DNA of 64,000 nt from an uncultured Verrucomicrobiota bacterium. GTDB lineage: Bacteria > Verrucomicrobiota > Verrucomicrobiia > Limisphaerales > CAYIIH01. Position numbers and translations under genes: made by a program. The DNA is taken from positions 28,880 through 92,879 of the forward strand of contig CAYIIH010000002.1 of assembly GCA_964363225.1 (NCBI GenBank), given 5' to 3'. The notes beneath the pieces were generated by a model, which was not told the DNA's origin, made no database searches, and was given only the letters and a program-made list of their open reading frames with translations. This document shows, piece after piece, positions 17,775-26,541 of the stretch; position 1 is the first letter of the stretch; each line of letters starts with the position of its first letter.

Positions 17775-19946
17775 CTAATAGGGCAAGGGAAATCTTGCGG
17801 TTAATTCGTGAACACGTTCGCGCACCTTGTGCGCGGCGTCAAGGCTTTTAATGTCGAGCAGCACTTCGCTGATCATGTCGGCGATGGCCGCCATTTCCGT
17901 TTCCCGAATGCCGCGGGTGGTCACGGCGGGCGTCCCCAGCCGAATGCCGCTGGCTTGGAAGGGGGAACGTGTCTCAAAGGGGATGGTATTCTTGTTGACC
18001 GTGAGGCCGGCCTCATCCAGGGCCGCCTGGCATTCCTTGCCGGTCAACCCTTTGGCGCCCACGTCCACCAGCATCAAATGGTTATCCGTTCCGCCGCTGA
18101 CCAGCCGGTAACCGTTGCGTTTCAGCCCGGCGGCCAGCGCTTTGGCATTGCTGACAATCTGGCGTTGGTACTGCCTGAAATCGGGCTGCAACGCCTCGTG
18201 GAAGCAGACGGCCTTGGCGGCAATGACATGCATGAGCGGCCCGCCTTGAATGCCGGGGAAAACCTGCGAATCAATTTCCCGGGCATACTTCTCCGGGCAA
18301 AGAATCAGGCCGCCCCGCGGCCCCCGCAAGGTCTTGTGCGTGGTGGTGGTGACAAAATCGGCATGGGGGATGGGGCTGGGATGCTCGCCGGCCACCACCA
18401 AACCCGCGATATGCGCAATGTCCGCCAGCAGGTAGGCGCCCGCTTCGCGCGCGATCTCTCCCATGCGGGCGAAATCGATGATCCGCGGATAGGCGCTGGC
18501 CCCGACCGTGATCATCCTTGGCTGGTGCTCGCGCGTCAGCCTGGCCAACTGGTCGTAGTCGATCTGTTCGTCTTCCTTGCGCACGCCATAATGGATCACT
18601 TCGAAGAAACGGCCGGAAAAATTGGCTTTGTTGCCATGCGTCAAATGCCCGCCATGACTCAAATCCATCGTCAGAATCCTGTCCCCGGGCTTGAGGAAGG
18701 CAAAATAGACGGCCATGTTCGCGCCGCTGCCTGAATGAGGCTGAACATTGGCATGCTCCGCGCCAAACAGCTTTTTGGCCCGGTCGATCGCCCATTGCTC
18801 CGCCGTATCGACGTTCTCGCAGCCGCCATACCAGCGCTTGCGCGGATAGCCTTCGGCATATTTGTTGGTGAGCACCGACCCTTGAGCTTCCATCACGGCC
18901 AGGCTGGTAAAATTCTCGCTCGCAATCAGCTCGATATTCTCTTGCTGGCGCTGCCGTTCCAATTGAATGGTCTCGGCAATCTCCGGGTCCGCCTTCCAGA
19001 GGTGCCATCCATAAGTTGCGGGAGGAACTTCCATCTTTTGCACGCGCCGTTGGTGGCGTCCGCCCTCAAAATGGGCCTGCAGGAAGGCCTCCAGAATCTT
19101 CTTGGCTTGATCAGGAGAGGCCGTTTTTCCGCCCAGGCACAGGATATTGGCGTCATTGTGCTGCCGGGCCAGCGTGGCCATCTGTTCATCAAAAGCCAGC
19201 GCGGCGCGCACGCCGGGAATCTTGTTGGCGGCCATGCACATGCCCACCCCGGTGGCGCAAATCAAAAGGCCAAACTGGCTTTTTTGACTGGCCACGCTTT
19301 GGGCCACGGCCTGGGCGAAATCCGGGTAATCGGCGGACTCGCTGGCATGGGTGCCGAAATCGGTCACGGCCAGGCCCAACTTCTGCAAGTGCTCCTTGAG
19401 CTGTTCCTTGAGTTCATAGCCCGCGTGGTCCGCGCCTATCGCCCAACCCGTCTTTTTCGATGCGTCGGGACCGGTCAGCGGAACGCCGGAGGTTTGTTCG
19501 ATGAATTTCAACATCGCGGCAATTCCTTGTTCGATTTGATCGCGGCAATTCAGGTAGGTTTCATACGAACCGCCAATGGGGTCGGGAATGTCCTTTTCAA
19601 AAGCATCCAGCGTCTCGTCAAACTCCCGCAGCAAAAACGTCTTCTCGGCGGCCAGCGGGTAGAGCAAGGTGATGGCATCGATGTGCCCGTGCGTCATGCC
19701 AAAAATGTAGTCCGCCTGTTGCACCAATTCCGCCGTCAGCATGCGGCTGCGCTGGCGCGAAATGTCAATGCCCAAATCCTCCAAAACCTGCACCGCATGC
19801 CCGCTGGGCGGCTGGCCATCAATCGCGCCGACTCCTGCCGAAAAGATCTGGTACTCTCCCCGGCCCTGCACGGTGTGCCGAAACAGCCCCTCCGCCATGG
19901 GGCTCCGGCAAACGTTCCCCGTGCAAACGAAAAGGATGGTCTTCAT
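17775..19946 (-). CDS. glyA: tri-domain fusion: low-MW protein phosphatase + ribose-5-phosphate isomerase B + serine hydroxymethyltransferase
   Basis: Start moved to ATG 19946 ([20 protein letters not shown] = CX5R(S) LMW-PTP loop; DPIGG). RpiB follows ([38 protein letters not shown]). SHMT comes last ([21 protein letters not shown]). There is one continuous frame with no stops. Confidence 0.85.
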   Translation of the reverse strand: MKTILFVCTGNVCRSPMAEGLFRHTVQGRGEYQIFSAGVGAIDGQPPSGHAVQVLEDLGIDISRQRSRMLTAELVQQADYIFGMTHGHIDAITLLYPLAAEKTFLLREFDETLDAFEKDIPDPIGGSYETYLNCRDQIEQGIAAMLKFIEQTSGVPLTGPDASKKTGWAIGADHAGYELKEQLKEHLQKLGLAVTDFGTHASESADYPDFAQAVAQSVASQKSQFGLLICATGVGMCMAANKIPGVRAALAFDEQMATLARQHNDANILCLGGKTASPDQAKKILEAFLQAHFEGGRHQRRVQKMEVPPATYGWHLWKADPEIAETIQLERQRQQENIELIASENFTSLAVMEAQGSVLTNKYAEGYPRKRWYGGCENVDTAEQWAIDRAKKLFGAEHANVQPHSGSGANMAVYFAFLKPGDRILTMDLSHGGHLTHGNKANFSGRFFEVIHYGVRKEDEQIDYDQLARLTREHQPRMITVGASAYPRIIDFARMGEIAREAGAYLLADIAHIAGLVVAGEHPSPIPHADFVTTTTHKTLRGPRGGLILCPEKYAREIDSQVFPGIQGGPLMHVIAAKAVCFHEALQPDFRQYQRQIVSNAKALAAGLKRNGYRLVSGGTDNHLMLVDVGAKGLTGKECQAALDEAGLTVNKNTIPFETRSPFQASGIRLGTPAVTTRGIRETEMAAIADMISEVLLDIKSLDAAHKVRERVHELTARFPLPY

Positions 19947-20001
19947 GCCGGCGTTAATGGTTTCAAGTTGGGGCGCGCTCGGAGAATCGTCAACGGCGAA
20001 A

Positions 20002-21075
20002 TCAGAGCGAACGGAGTTGCTGCGCCATGGCCAGGCCCTTGAGGAAATCAATGCTGCGCGCCAGGACCGGGTCTCGGATGACCGGCTTCGTTTCGGCATC
20101 GCGATTCTTCGCGTCCGCGTCCGTTTCGATCCCTTCCCGATGTCTCCGGACCAATTCGGCTTCGTTGAGGCCCCGGCGAGCGAACGGATTGGTCGCAACG
20201 CCGGATAGGGCGTTGGTCCCGCCCGCCACGGACACGAGGGCGGGCACCGCGGCGAGGAGCTTGAATGCATCCTGGAAATACGCCCTTTCCTCCTCCAGGC
20301 TCACGGCCACCGCAATGTCCGGGGTGAGGCCGGCTGCGGTCAACGCCGGGCCCTCCGGCAATTGCACCCGGCTCCGGGCAATCCGCAGACGCTGGCCGTT
20401 GCTCAAGTTGAACTCCTGAAAAATGTGCGCCTCACCGGCGGTCGGGCTTCCGATCAGCAGGCCGATGCCGGCCTGGCGCAAAACGGCGGCCAGGGCCTCC
20501 GCCGCGCCCGAAGTCTGGCGGTTGACCAGAATCGCGACCGGCACTTTCAAGGCATTGGTCTTGACGGTGGAATGCTCGGTTTTATCACCCCATTTCAGCA
20601 GCGGTTGCTCGTGGGCTAAAAAGCGGTCCGCCACTTGGGCTGCGGCCGAATAATCATCGCCTCCGGCAAAGCGCAGATCGAGCACCAGACCGGCCAGTTT
20701 GTTCGTGGACTTGAGGCGCTGGAAAGAGTCCCTGACGGCTTCCGCCAAGCCGGATTCGACTCGAGCCACGCGCAGATAGGCCACCAAATTCTCATACACG
20801 TCGCTCTTGCCGATCAAAGGCCCCTCCGCGGGGACGGTGGAAAGACCGTTCGTGACCAAAACAACCTGCGAACCAAGCTGGGCCAGCAATCCTCGCGTGG
20901 CGGCCCGGTTCAACTCAGCCTCGCTCATGCCGGCCAAGTTCGAGCGGATTAAGCCGAAGACCTCCTGAAACTGCGGCGCCGGCTCTTCTTTGTCGGCTTG
21001 CGCCCTGATTAAACTCATTGAGCCCGCAATCCACGCGGCGCCCAGGGCGGTCATGATCCATTTCTGCAAGTTCAT
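20002..21075 (-). CDS. S41 (C-terminal processing peptidase)-like secreted protein
   Basis: ATG at 21075 ([18 protein letters not shown]... signal). [13 protein letters not shown] and [20 protein letters not shown]...[10 protein letters not shown] resemble the S41 core. The usual Ser/Lys positions look substituted by eye. Confidence 0.6.
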   Translation of the reverse strand: MNLQKWIMTALGAAWIAGSMSLIRAQADKEEPAPQFQEVFGLIRSNLAGMSEAELNRAATRGLLAQLGSQVVLVTNGLSTVPAEGPLIGKSDVYENLVAYLRVARVESGLAEAVRDSFQRLKSTNKLAGLVLDLRFAGGDDYSAAAQVADRFLAHEQPLLKWGDKTEHSTVKTNALKVPVAILVNRQTSGAAEALAAVLRQAGIGLLIGSPTAGEAHIFQEFNLSNGQRLRIARSRVQLPEGPALTAAGLTPDIAVAVSLEEERAYFQDAFKLLAAVPALVSVAGGTNALSGVATNPFARRGLNEAELVRRHREGIETDADAKNRDAETKPVIRDPVLARSIDFLKGLAMAQQLRSL

Positions 21076-21161
21076 CGGAGGCAAATGTCGAATGTTGGAG
21101 CGGGAATGTCGATTTTTTTTTGCACAAGACCCAGGGGCTGGCGGCGGGCTTCACCCAGGAC

Positions 21162-22463
21162 TCAGCCTGAATGGCGCAACGCTTTGGCGGCAATGTCCCG
21201 CCGAAAGTGCGCGCCCTCAAAATGAATTCGTTCCACGGCGGCATAAGCAGCCTGCCGCGCCTCCGCCAGACCGGGCGCCCAGGCGGTCACTCCCAAAACC
21301 CTCCCGCCGCTCGTGACAATCCCATCGCCCATCTGCGCGGTGCCGGCATGGAAAACCTTTGTGTTGGCCATCATAGCGGCGTCCGCCAGGCCGGAAATCG
21401 GATTGCCTTTGGCGTAACTTCCCGGATACCCGCCTGAAGCCATCACCACGCAAACCGAAGCCAGGAAACTCCACTGCAACTCCTTATGATCCAGCGTTCC
21501 GCCGACGCTGGCCTCCAGCAACTCGGCCAAGTCACTGTCCAGCCGTGTCAAATAGACTTGCGTCTCCGGATCGCCAAAACGGGCATTGAACTCCAGCACT
21601 TTCGGACCCTCCTTCGTCAGCATGACGCCGGGATAAAGGATGCCTCGGAAATCAATTCCCTCCGCTGCGCAGCCGCTCAGCCACGGGCCAATGATCCGTT
21701 CTTTCACCTCGAACAACTGCCGCTCGTTCAAGAACGGCGCCGGCGAGCAAGCTCCCATGCCTCCGGTGTTCAGGCCTTGGTCGCCCTCCAGCGCCCGTTT
21801 GTGGTCCTGCGAGGTCGGGAACAGTTTAGCCGTCCGGCCGTCGCAGAGCGCATGCAGGGAAATCTCCATCCCTTCCAGGAATTCCTGGATGACGATTTTC
21901 GTCCCCGCGGTGCCAAACGCTTTCCGGACCAGAACTTCCTCGATGGCTTGGTCAGCCTGGGCCATGTCTTGGCAGATCAGGACGCCTTTGCCGAGGGCCA
22001 GCCCATCGGCCTTCACGGCGCACCGGCCGCCCAGGGAGGCCGCGAACCGCGAAGCCGAAACCGCGTCCGCAAACGCGCCCGCCCGCGCCGTGGGAATGCC
22101 ATAGCGCTCCATGAAAGACTGGGCGAAGACTTTCGATGACTCGAACTGAGTGGCCTTTTGATTTGGCCCCCAGATACGCAGCCCGTTTTGTTGAAACAAA
22201 TCGACGATGCCCAGCGCCAGCGGATTGTCCGGCCCGACCACAGTGAGGTCCGGCTTCTTTTCCTGGGCGAAAGCCAGCAGCTTCGGCAGGGCCTCCGCGC
22301 CGAGGCCCACGCATTCAACCGGGGTTTCCTTGAGCGCCAGTTTTTCCTGGGCCATGCCGGCATTGCCTGGCGCGCACCACATCTGGGTGACGTGCGGCGA
22401 CTGCGCCAGTTTCCACACTAGCGCATGCTCGCGTCCTCCTGAACCGATGATCAGCAATTTCAT
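21162..22463 (-). CDS. purD: phosphoribosylamine--glycine ligase
   Basis: Start moved to ATG 22463 (MKLLIIGSGGREHALVWKLAQSP). ATP-grasp body and C-terminal GGRVLGVTA are present. Confidence 0.95.
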   Translation of the reverse strand: MKLLIIGSGGREHALVWKLAQSPHVTQMWCAPGNAGMAQEKLALKETPVECVGLGAEALPKLLAFAQEKKPDLTVVGPDNPLALGIVDLFQQNGLRIWGPNQKATQFESSKVFAQSFMERYGIPTARAGAFADAVSASRFAASLGGRCAVKADGLALGKGVLICQDMAQADQAIEEVLVRKAFGTAGTKIVIQEFLEGMEISLHALCDGRTAKLFPTSQDHKRALEGDQGLNTGGMGACSPAPFLNERQLFEVKERIIGPWLSGCAAEGIDFRGILYPGVMLTKEGPKVLEFNARFGDPETQVYLTRLDSDLAELLEASVGGTLDHKELQWSFLASVCVVMASGGYPGSYAKGNPISGLADAAMMANTKVFHAGTAQMGDGIVTSGGRVLGVTAWAPGLAEARQAAYAAVERIHFEGAHFRRDIAAKALRHSG

Positions 22464-22715
22464 TTTGGATTGGACTATGGGACAACCAGACCTGTTTGGT
22501 AAAGCGGATCGTCCATGCTTTGAAAATAGCTGCTGCCCTATGGCCAAACAAGCCGAACATTTTCGGCCTCACCGCCTCGGCCAAGGCCGTTGACAAAGTC
22601 GCGGTCAAGCGGACTTCCAGTCTGCGATACAACCGATGGACAAGCGGCGCTTCGTTCGTAGCGCAGACTGGCCGTCTGTCAGTCTCGCCTGGAATCGCCG
22701 CTGGCTGCGACGATT

Positions 22716-22970
22716 TTGGAGTGCGGTGGCAGAGCCTCATCCTTACCCGCAAAACCCGACTTCCCGCAAATCCCGACTGAAGATTTGGGCGGTTGTTCGA
22801 AACTTCTGCTGTTGCCAATGGCGACTGTCGGCCATTTTCAAGGAATTTTTGGACCGCCGAAGAGCCGCCTGCGTTCGGGGATCGCAAAACTGCAGGGTTT
22901 TTTGCAGAGATCGATTTGCGGGACGGGGTATTTTGCGGGTAAGGATGAGTCGCTTCCCGCCCCACTCCAA
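22716..22970. mobile_element. MITE-like element (about 255 bp) with ~40-bp terminal inverted repeats
   Basis: The left arm 22716-22754 (ttggagtgcggtggcagagcctcatccttacccgcaaaa) is the imperfect reverse complement of the right arm 22931-22970 (ttttgcgggtaaggatgagtcgcttcccgccccactccaa). A 19-bp core ttttgcgggtaaggatgag is perfect. The interior has no ORF. It lies in the 630-bp purD/uxuA-like intergenic region. Confidence 0.55.
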
Positions 22971-23027
22971 AAAGTGCGTGACCGACAACGTAGGGATGCG
23001 CGGGGTTGGGAGGTTGGGAGGTTGCAA

Positions 23028-23055
23028 TTGACAGATGCCTCCCCGGCCCTAGACT
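23028..23055 (+). promoter_or_regulatory. putative sigma70-type promoter (TTGACA-N16-TAGACT)
   Basis: ttgaca at 23028-23033, 16-nt spacer, tagact at 23050-23055, 43 nt upstream of ATG 23098. It is preceded by the direct repeat ggttgggag ggttgggag (23006-23023). Confidence 0.45.
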
Positions 23056-23097
23056 CCGCCCTATGGCCCGCAAACTCCATCTCGAAAGCCAACAACC

Positions 23098-24246
23098 ATG
23101 AACCTTGCTCTGTCCCCGCGCAAAACTGATCAACCTTTCACCTCGTCCCCCCAGCGCCTGCCGAGAAGGGACTTTATCAAACTGGCCGTTGGCGCTGCGG
23201 CGGCGGGCGCGGCCTGGAGGCCGTGGGAGGCGCGAGCGGCCACGAAGCTGGAGGCGTTGCCGCCTGGCATCAAGGTATCGTTGCAAATCTCCGGCGAAGC
23301 TGGCGACGAGGACCTGCAATTTGCCCAGCAACTCGGCGTCGAATATGTCAACATCCCGAGCGGCGGCGACAAAGCGACCCTGGAAAACTTCGTTCGCCTG
23401 AAACAGAGAGTGGAAGCCGCCGGACTGAAGGTCTGGAACATCGGCAACAGCAACGTCCACAACATGCCGGAAGTGACGTTGAACCTGCCGGGCCGAGACC
23501 AGAAGATCGAGGAGTACAAGAATTACCTGCGCAACCTGGCCAAGGCCGGCATCTTCTACACCACTTACGCCCACATGGGCAACGGCATCTGGAGCAGCGA
23601 GCGTGAGACCACCCGCGGCGGAGCGCCCGCCCGCGCCTTCGACATGGCCAAGAATCCAAAAGGCTATTGGGCTGGCAAAGTCTTTGAAAGCCCGCTCACG
23701 CATGGCCGCAAATACAGCAAGGAAGAGCTTTGGGAGAATTACACCTACTTCATCAAGCAGGTCGTGCCGGTGGCGGAAGAGTTGGGCATCCGCATCGGCA
23801 TTCATCCGGACGATCCGCCGGTGCCGGAACTGGGCGGCGTGCCGCGCTGCATCTTCGGCAATTTCGAGGGCTACGCGCGGGCTTTTGAGATCGCCAACAG
23901 CCCCAACATCGGCGTCTGCCTGTGTGCAGGAACCTGGATGGAAGGCGGCGAGCACATGGGCAAGGACGTGTTTGAAGCGGCCCGCGCCTTCGCCAAGATG
24001 GACAAGCTCTGGAAGATTCACTTTCGCAACGTCAGCGCGCCGATCCCTTACTTCGTGGAGACGTTTGTCGATAACGGTTACACGGACATGCTCAAGCTGA
24101 TGAAGACGCTCCATGAGGTGGACTTCCGTGGGGCGGTGATTGCCGACCACGTTCCGGGCATGGTGGGCGGGTCCAGGACCGGCTGGGCCTACAGCATCGG
24201 CTACATCAAGGCGCTCCTGGCGTCGGTCAGCGCCGGGAAGAGTTGA
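23098..24246 (+). CDS. mannonate-dehydratase (UxuA)-family / xylose-isomerase-like TIM-barrel protein with TAT signal
   Basis: Twin-arginine signal RRDFIKLAVGAAAAGAA. IGIHPDDPPVPELGGVPRCIF and the overall layout resemble UxuA. Confidence 0.7.
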   Translation: MNLALSPRKTDQPFTSSPQRLPRRDFIKLAVGAAAAGAAWRPWEARAATKLEALPPGIKVSLQISGEAGDEDLQFAQQLGVEYVNIPSGGDKATLENFVRLKQRVEAAGLKVWNIGNSNVHNMPEVTLNLPGRDQKIEEYKNYLRNLAKAGIFYTTYAHMGNGIWSSERETTRGGAPARAFDMAKNPKGYWAGKVFESPLTHGRKYSKEELWENYTYFIKQVVPVAEELGIRIGIHPDDPPVPELGGVPRCIFGNFEGYARAFEIANSPNIGVCLCAGTWMEGGEHMGKDVFEAARAFAKMDKLWKIHFRNVSAPIPYFVETFVDNGYTDMLKLMKTLHEVDFRGAVIADHVPGMVGGSRTGWAYSIGYIKALLASVSAGKS

Positions 24247-24339
24247 ACAACCGCAGCGGCCTGCCTGAGAAGAAGGAATCAAGATTCAGGAGGGCAAATG
24301 AACGGAATCACCTCCCGTTTTGGCTCTGCCGAAATCAGC

Positions 24340-24363
24340 GCCGACTCACCTCGGCGGCTGCGG
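24340..24363. repeat. REP-like hairpin, same family as 3740-3763
   Basis: gccgactcacctcggcggctgcgg compared with gccgactcacgtcggctgctacgg in the dehydratase insert. Confidence 0.5.
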
Positions 24364-24507
24364 TTCAAGGCGCAAGGCACGAACAACGAGTTCGGCAGTT
24401 GTCAACCAGAACGGCTGGGAGGAAGGACGTCCACATTGTCGCTAACATTGGGGCGCGGTGGAACGTGTTGTCTCCCAGGAAAGAAACGCCGCGGTAATCG
24501 AATCCGG

Positions 24508-24987
24508 CTACTCCTTCATCTTCTCCAAAATCTCCTTGACCCGCATCCCCTGCGCCTTGGGGAGGCACCCGATGGAATTGGCCTTTTGGCCTCGTGTCTG
24601 AATCTCCACGCTGTCCCAAAACCAGCCTGAATGATAATGGAAACCGGCGATCTTCTCCCACGGGATATCCTCGTCCGTCCGGCTCAGACCCAAGAATCCC
24701 CAGGTTTGGATCATGACTTTCTGCGGGGTGAGATGAATCCGCTGTGGAATAAGCCGTCCGCGAAGGAGAAAGGTGGGCAACAAGTCGGCGCGCACGCTGT
24801 AGGGCTCGATGGCCGCAACCCTTTCCTCACGAGCGAAGCTGTGACCGCAATAACGGCATTTCTGCGCGGCCAGCTTGACCATTTCGGCGCACTCCGGGCA
24901 CCGCTTCCCCGCCATCTGCCGTCCGCAAGCACAACAAATCTCCGCCTGATCCTGAACCTCGGACAAACATTCTGGACAAGTCTTCAT
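24508..24987 (-). CDS. double zinc-ribbon + PH-like domain protein
   Basis: CPECLSEV...CCACG and CPECAEMV...CRYCG zinc ribbons. The C-terminal part resembles a bacterial PH (YdbT-like) domain (IPWEKIAGFHYHSGWFWDSVEIQTRG). Confidence 0.65.
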   Translation of the reverse strand: MKTCPECLSEVQDQAEICCACGRQMAGKRCPECAEMVKLAAQKCRYCGHSFAREERVAAIEPYSVRADLLPTFLLRGRLIPQRIHLTPQKVMIQTWGFLGLSRTDEDIPWEKIAGFHYHSGWFWDSVEIQTRGQKANSIGCLPKAQGMRVKEILEKMKE

Positions 24988-25002
24988 ATCAAGTCTTCAT
25001 AT
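24977..25002. repeat. 13-bp tandem duplication spanning the start codon
   Basis: caagtcttcatat occurs twice (24977-24989 and 24990-25002). On the coding strand this gives ATGAAGACTTGA (mini-ORF MKT*) immediately before the real ATGAAGACTTGTCCA. Confidence 0.9.
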
Positions 25003-25151
25003 CGCCATAATGCAGCTTGACTCCCGGTTTGTCAGCAACGGTTGTATGCTCTTGATGCAGAGGGCATCCCCCCGGCGCGTTGCTCACCGGCCAATACCGC
25101 GCACTGTTCATCGCTTCCCAGGTTCCGAATTCTGCGGCGTGTGATCTGCAC

Positions 25152-25180
25152 TTGTCATCAGGCCCTGCCGGGAATACTCT
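25152..25180 (+). promoter_or_regulatory. putative sigma70-type promoter (TTGTCA-N17-TACTCT)
   Basis: ttgtca at 25152-25157, 17-nt spacer, tactct at 25175-25180, 33 nt upstream of ATG 25213. Confidence 0.35.
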
Positions 25181-25212
25181 GGCGCGCAACTCCTGATATC
25201 ATGAGGTGACTT

Positions 25213-26454
25213 ATGTCGAATCGCCGCACATTCCTGCAACAGTTGGCTGGCGGAGCCGCCTGGATAGCCGTCTCCGGAATAGCTGTATCCCGGCGCGTTC
25301 GGGGCGCCAATGATCGCATCCGCATCGGCTTGATCGGAGCCGGCAGCCGCGGCAAAGAGATTCTCCGAGCGGCGCGGCGCTGCCCGAATGTCGAGGCCGT
25401 GGCGGTGGCTGATGTCTATGCTCGGCGCTTGGACGAAGCGCAGGCCATCGCGCCGGAAATCAAGACCCACCGCGATTTCCGACGCCTGCTCGACGACAAG
25501 TCCATCGATGCCGTCCTCATCGCGACTCCGCAACACCAACATGCGCTCAACTTCGTGCCCGCGATCCAGGCGGGCAAAGACGTTTATCAGGAGAAAACCA
25601 TGGCGTTCAATCCCGACCACGCCCGGCGCATGCGGAAAGCTTTTGCCGGCTCAGGGCGCGTGGTTCAGATCGGCATGCAGATGAACAGCGGGCCGGGCCT
25701 CCGGAAGGTTCAGGAATTGATCAACCCCGACCGCATGGGCCAGATCACCGCCATCCAGGCGCACCATTACCGCAATGCCCCGTATGGCGGCTGGCTCAGG
25801 CCGGTTCCTTCCGATTGCGACGCTGACCACGTCGATTGGCCTGCCTTCGAAGGAGAGGCCCCACACCACCCCTTTGATCCGCAGCGTTACATGAATTGGC
25901 GCTTTTACTGGGATTATTCGGGCGGCAACGTCTTCGAGAATATGGTTCACCAAGTCGGCTTCTGGTTCCAAGTTCTGGGCTTGGGCATTCCGCAGACTGT
26001 CACCATGGCCGGCGCCAACTATCACTCGCCGAAAATGGAGGTGCCGGACACAATGATGGTGTCGATGAATCAACCGGAAAGGATCCTTTTTACCTGGAAT
26101 TCGATGTTTGCCAACGCCTACTACGGAGAGACGCACGACTACCTCTTCGGCACCAAAGGCACCGTGAGGCACGACGAGTCCGATCAGGTCGCGTACTGGC
26201 CGGCCGGGAAAAAGGCGGACGGCGGAGGCGACGAGGCATCACGGGCGGATGAGAAGGCCAGGGAGAAGACCGGCTATCTGGATTCGACGGGCCGGCATAT
26301 TCAGAATTTCTTCGATTGCGTCCGCAGCCGCCAAGAACCCGTCTGCCCCTTCGAAATGGGTTTCCGGTCCGCGATAGCCTGCCAGATGGCCATTGCCTCT
26401 TATCGTCGGCAGCGCACCGTGCGGTGGGACCCCCAGACAGAAGACATTGTGTGA
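25213..26454 (+). CDS. Gfo/Idh/MocA-family oxidoreductase with TAT signal
   Basis: RRTFLQQLAGGAA twin-arginine signal. Rossmann N-terminus IRIGLIGAGSRGKE. Confidence 0.85.
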   Translation: MSNRRTFLQQLAGGAAWIAVSGIAVSRRVRGANDRIRIGLIGAGSRGKEILRAARRCPNVEAVAVADVYARRLDEAQAIAPEIKTHRDFRRLLDDKSIDAVLIATPQHQHALNFVPAIQAGKDVYQEKTMAFNPDHARRMRKAFAGSGRVVQIGMQMNSGPGLRKVQELINPDRMGQITAIQAHHYRNAPYGGWLRPVPSDCDADHVDWPAFEGEAPHHPFDPQRYMNWRFYWDYSGGNVFENMVHQVGFWFQVLGLGIPQTVTMAGANYHSPKMEVPDTMMVSMNQPERILFTWNSMFANAYYGETHDYLFGTKGTVRHDESDQVAYWPAGKKADGGGDEASRADEKAREKTGYLDSTGRHIQNFFDCVRSRQEPVCPFEMGFRSAIACQMAIASYRRQRTVRWDPQTEDIV

Positions 26455-26541
26455 CCGCACGCTTGAAGGGTCATACTACAATCAACGCATTCTCCCAGTT
26501 GAGTTTCCCCCCGGGAACGGGATAAGCGAAGGGAGATTTTT

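Noticed and set aside
19947-20270. N-terminal 108-aa extension of the PTP-RpiB-SHMT ORF as listed in the ORF track (start 20270)
   Set aside because: The extension overlaps the 3' end of the S41-like gene, is Pro/Ser/Arg-rich, and precedes a canonical LMW-PTP N-terminus ([11 protein letters not shown]). ATG 19946 was chosen instead.
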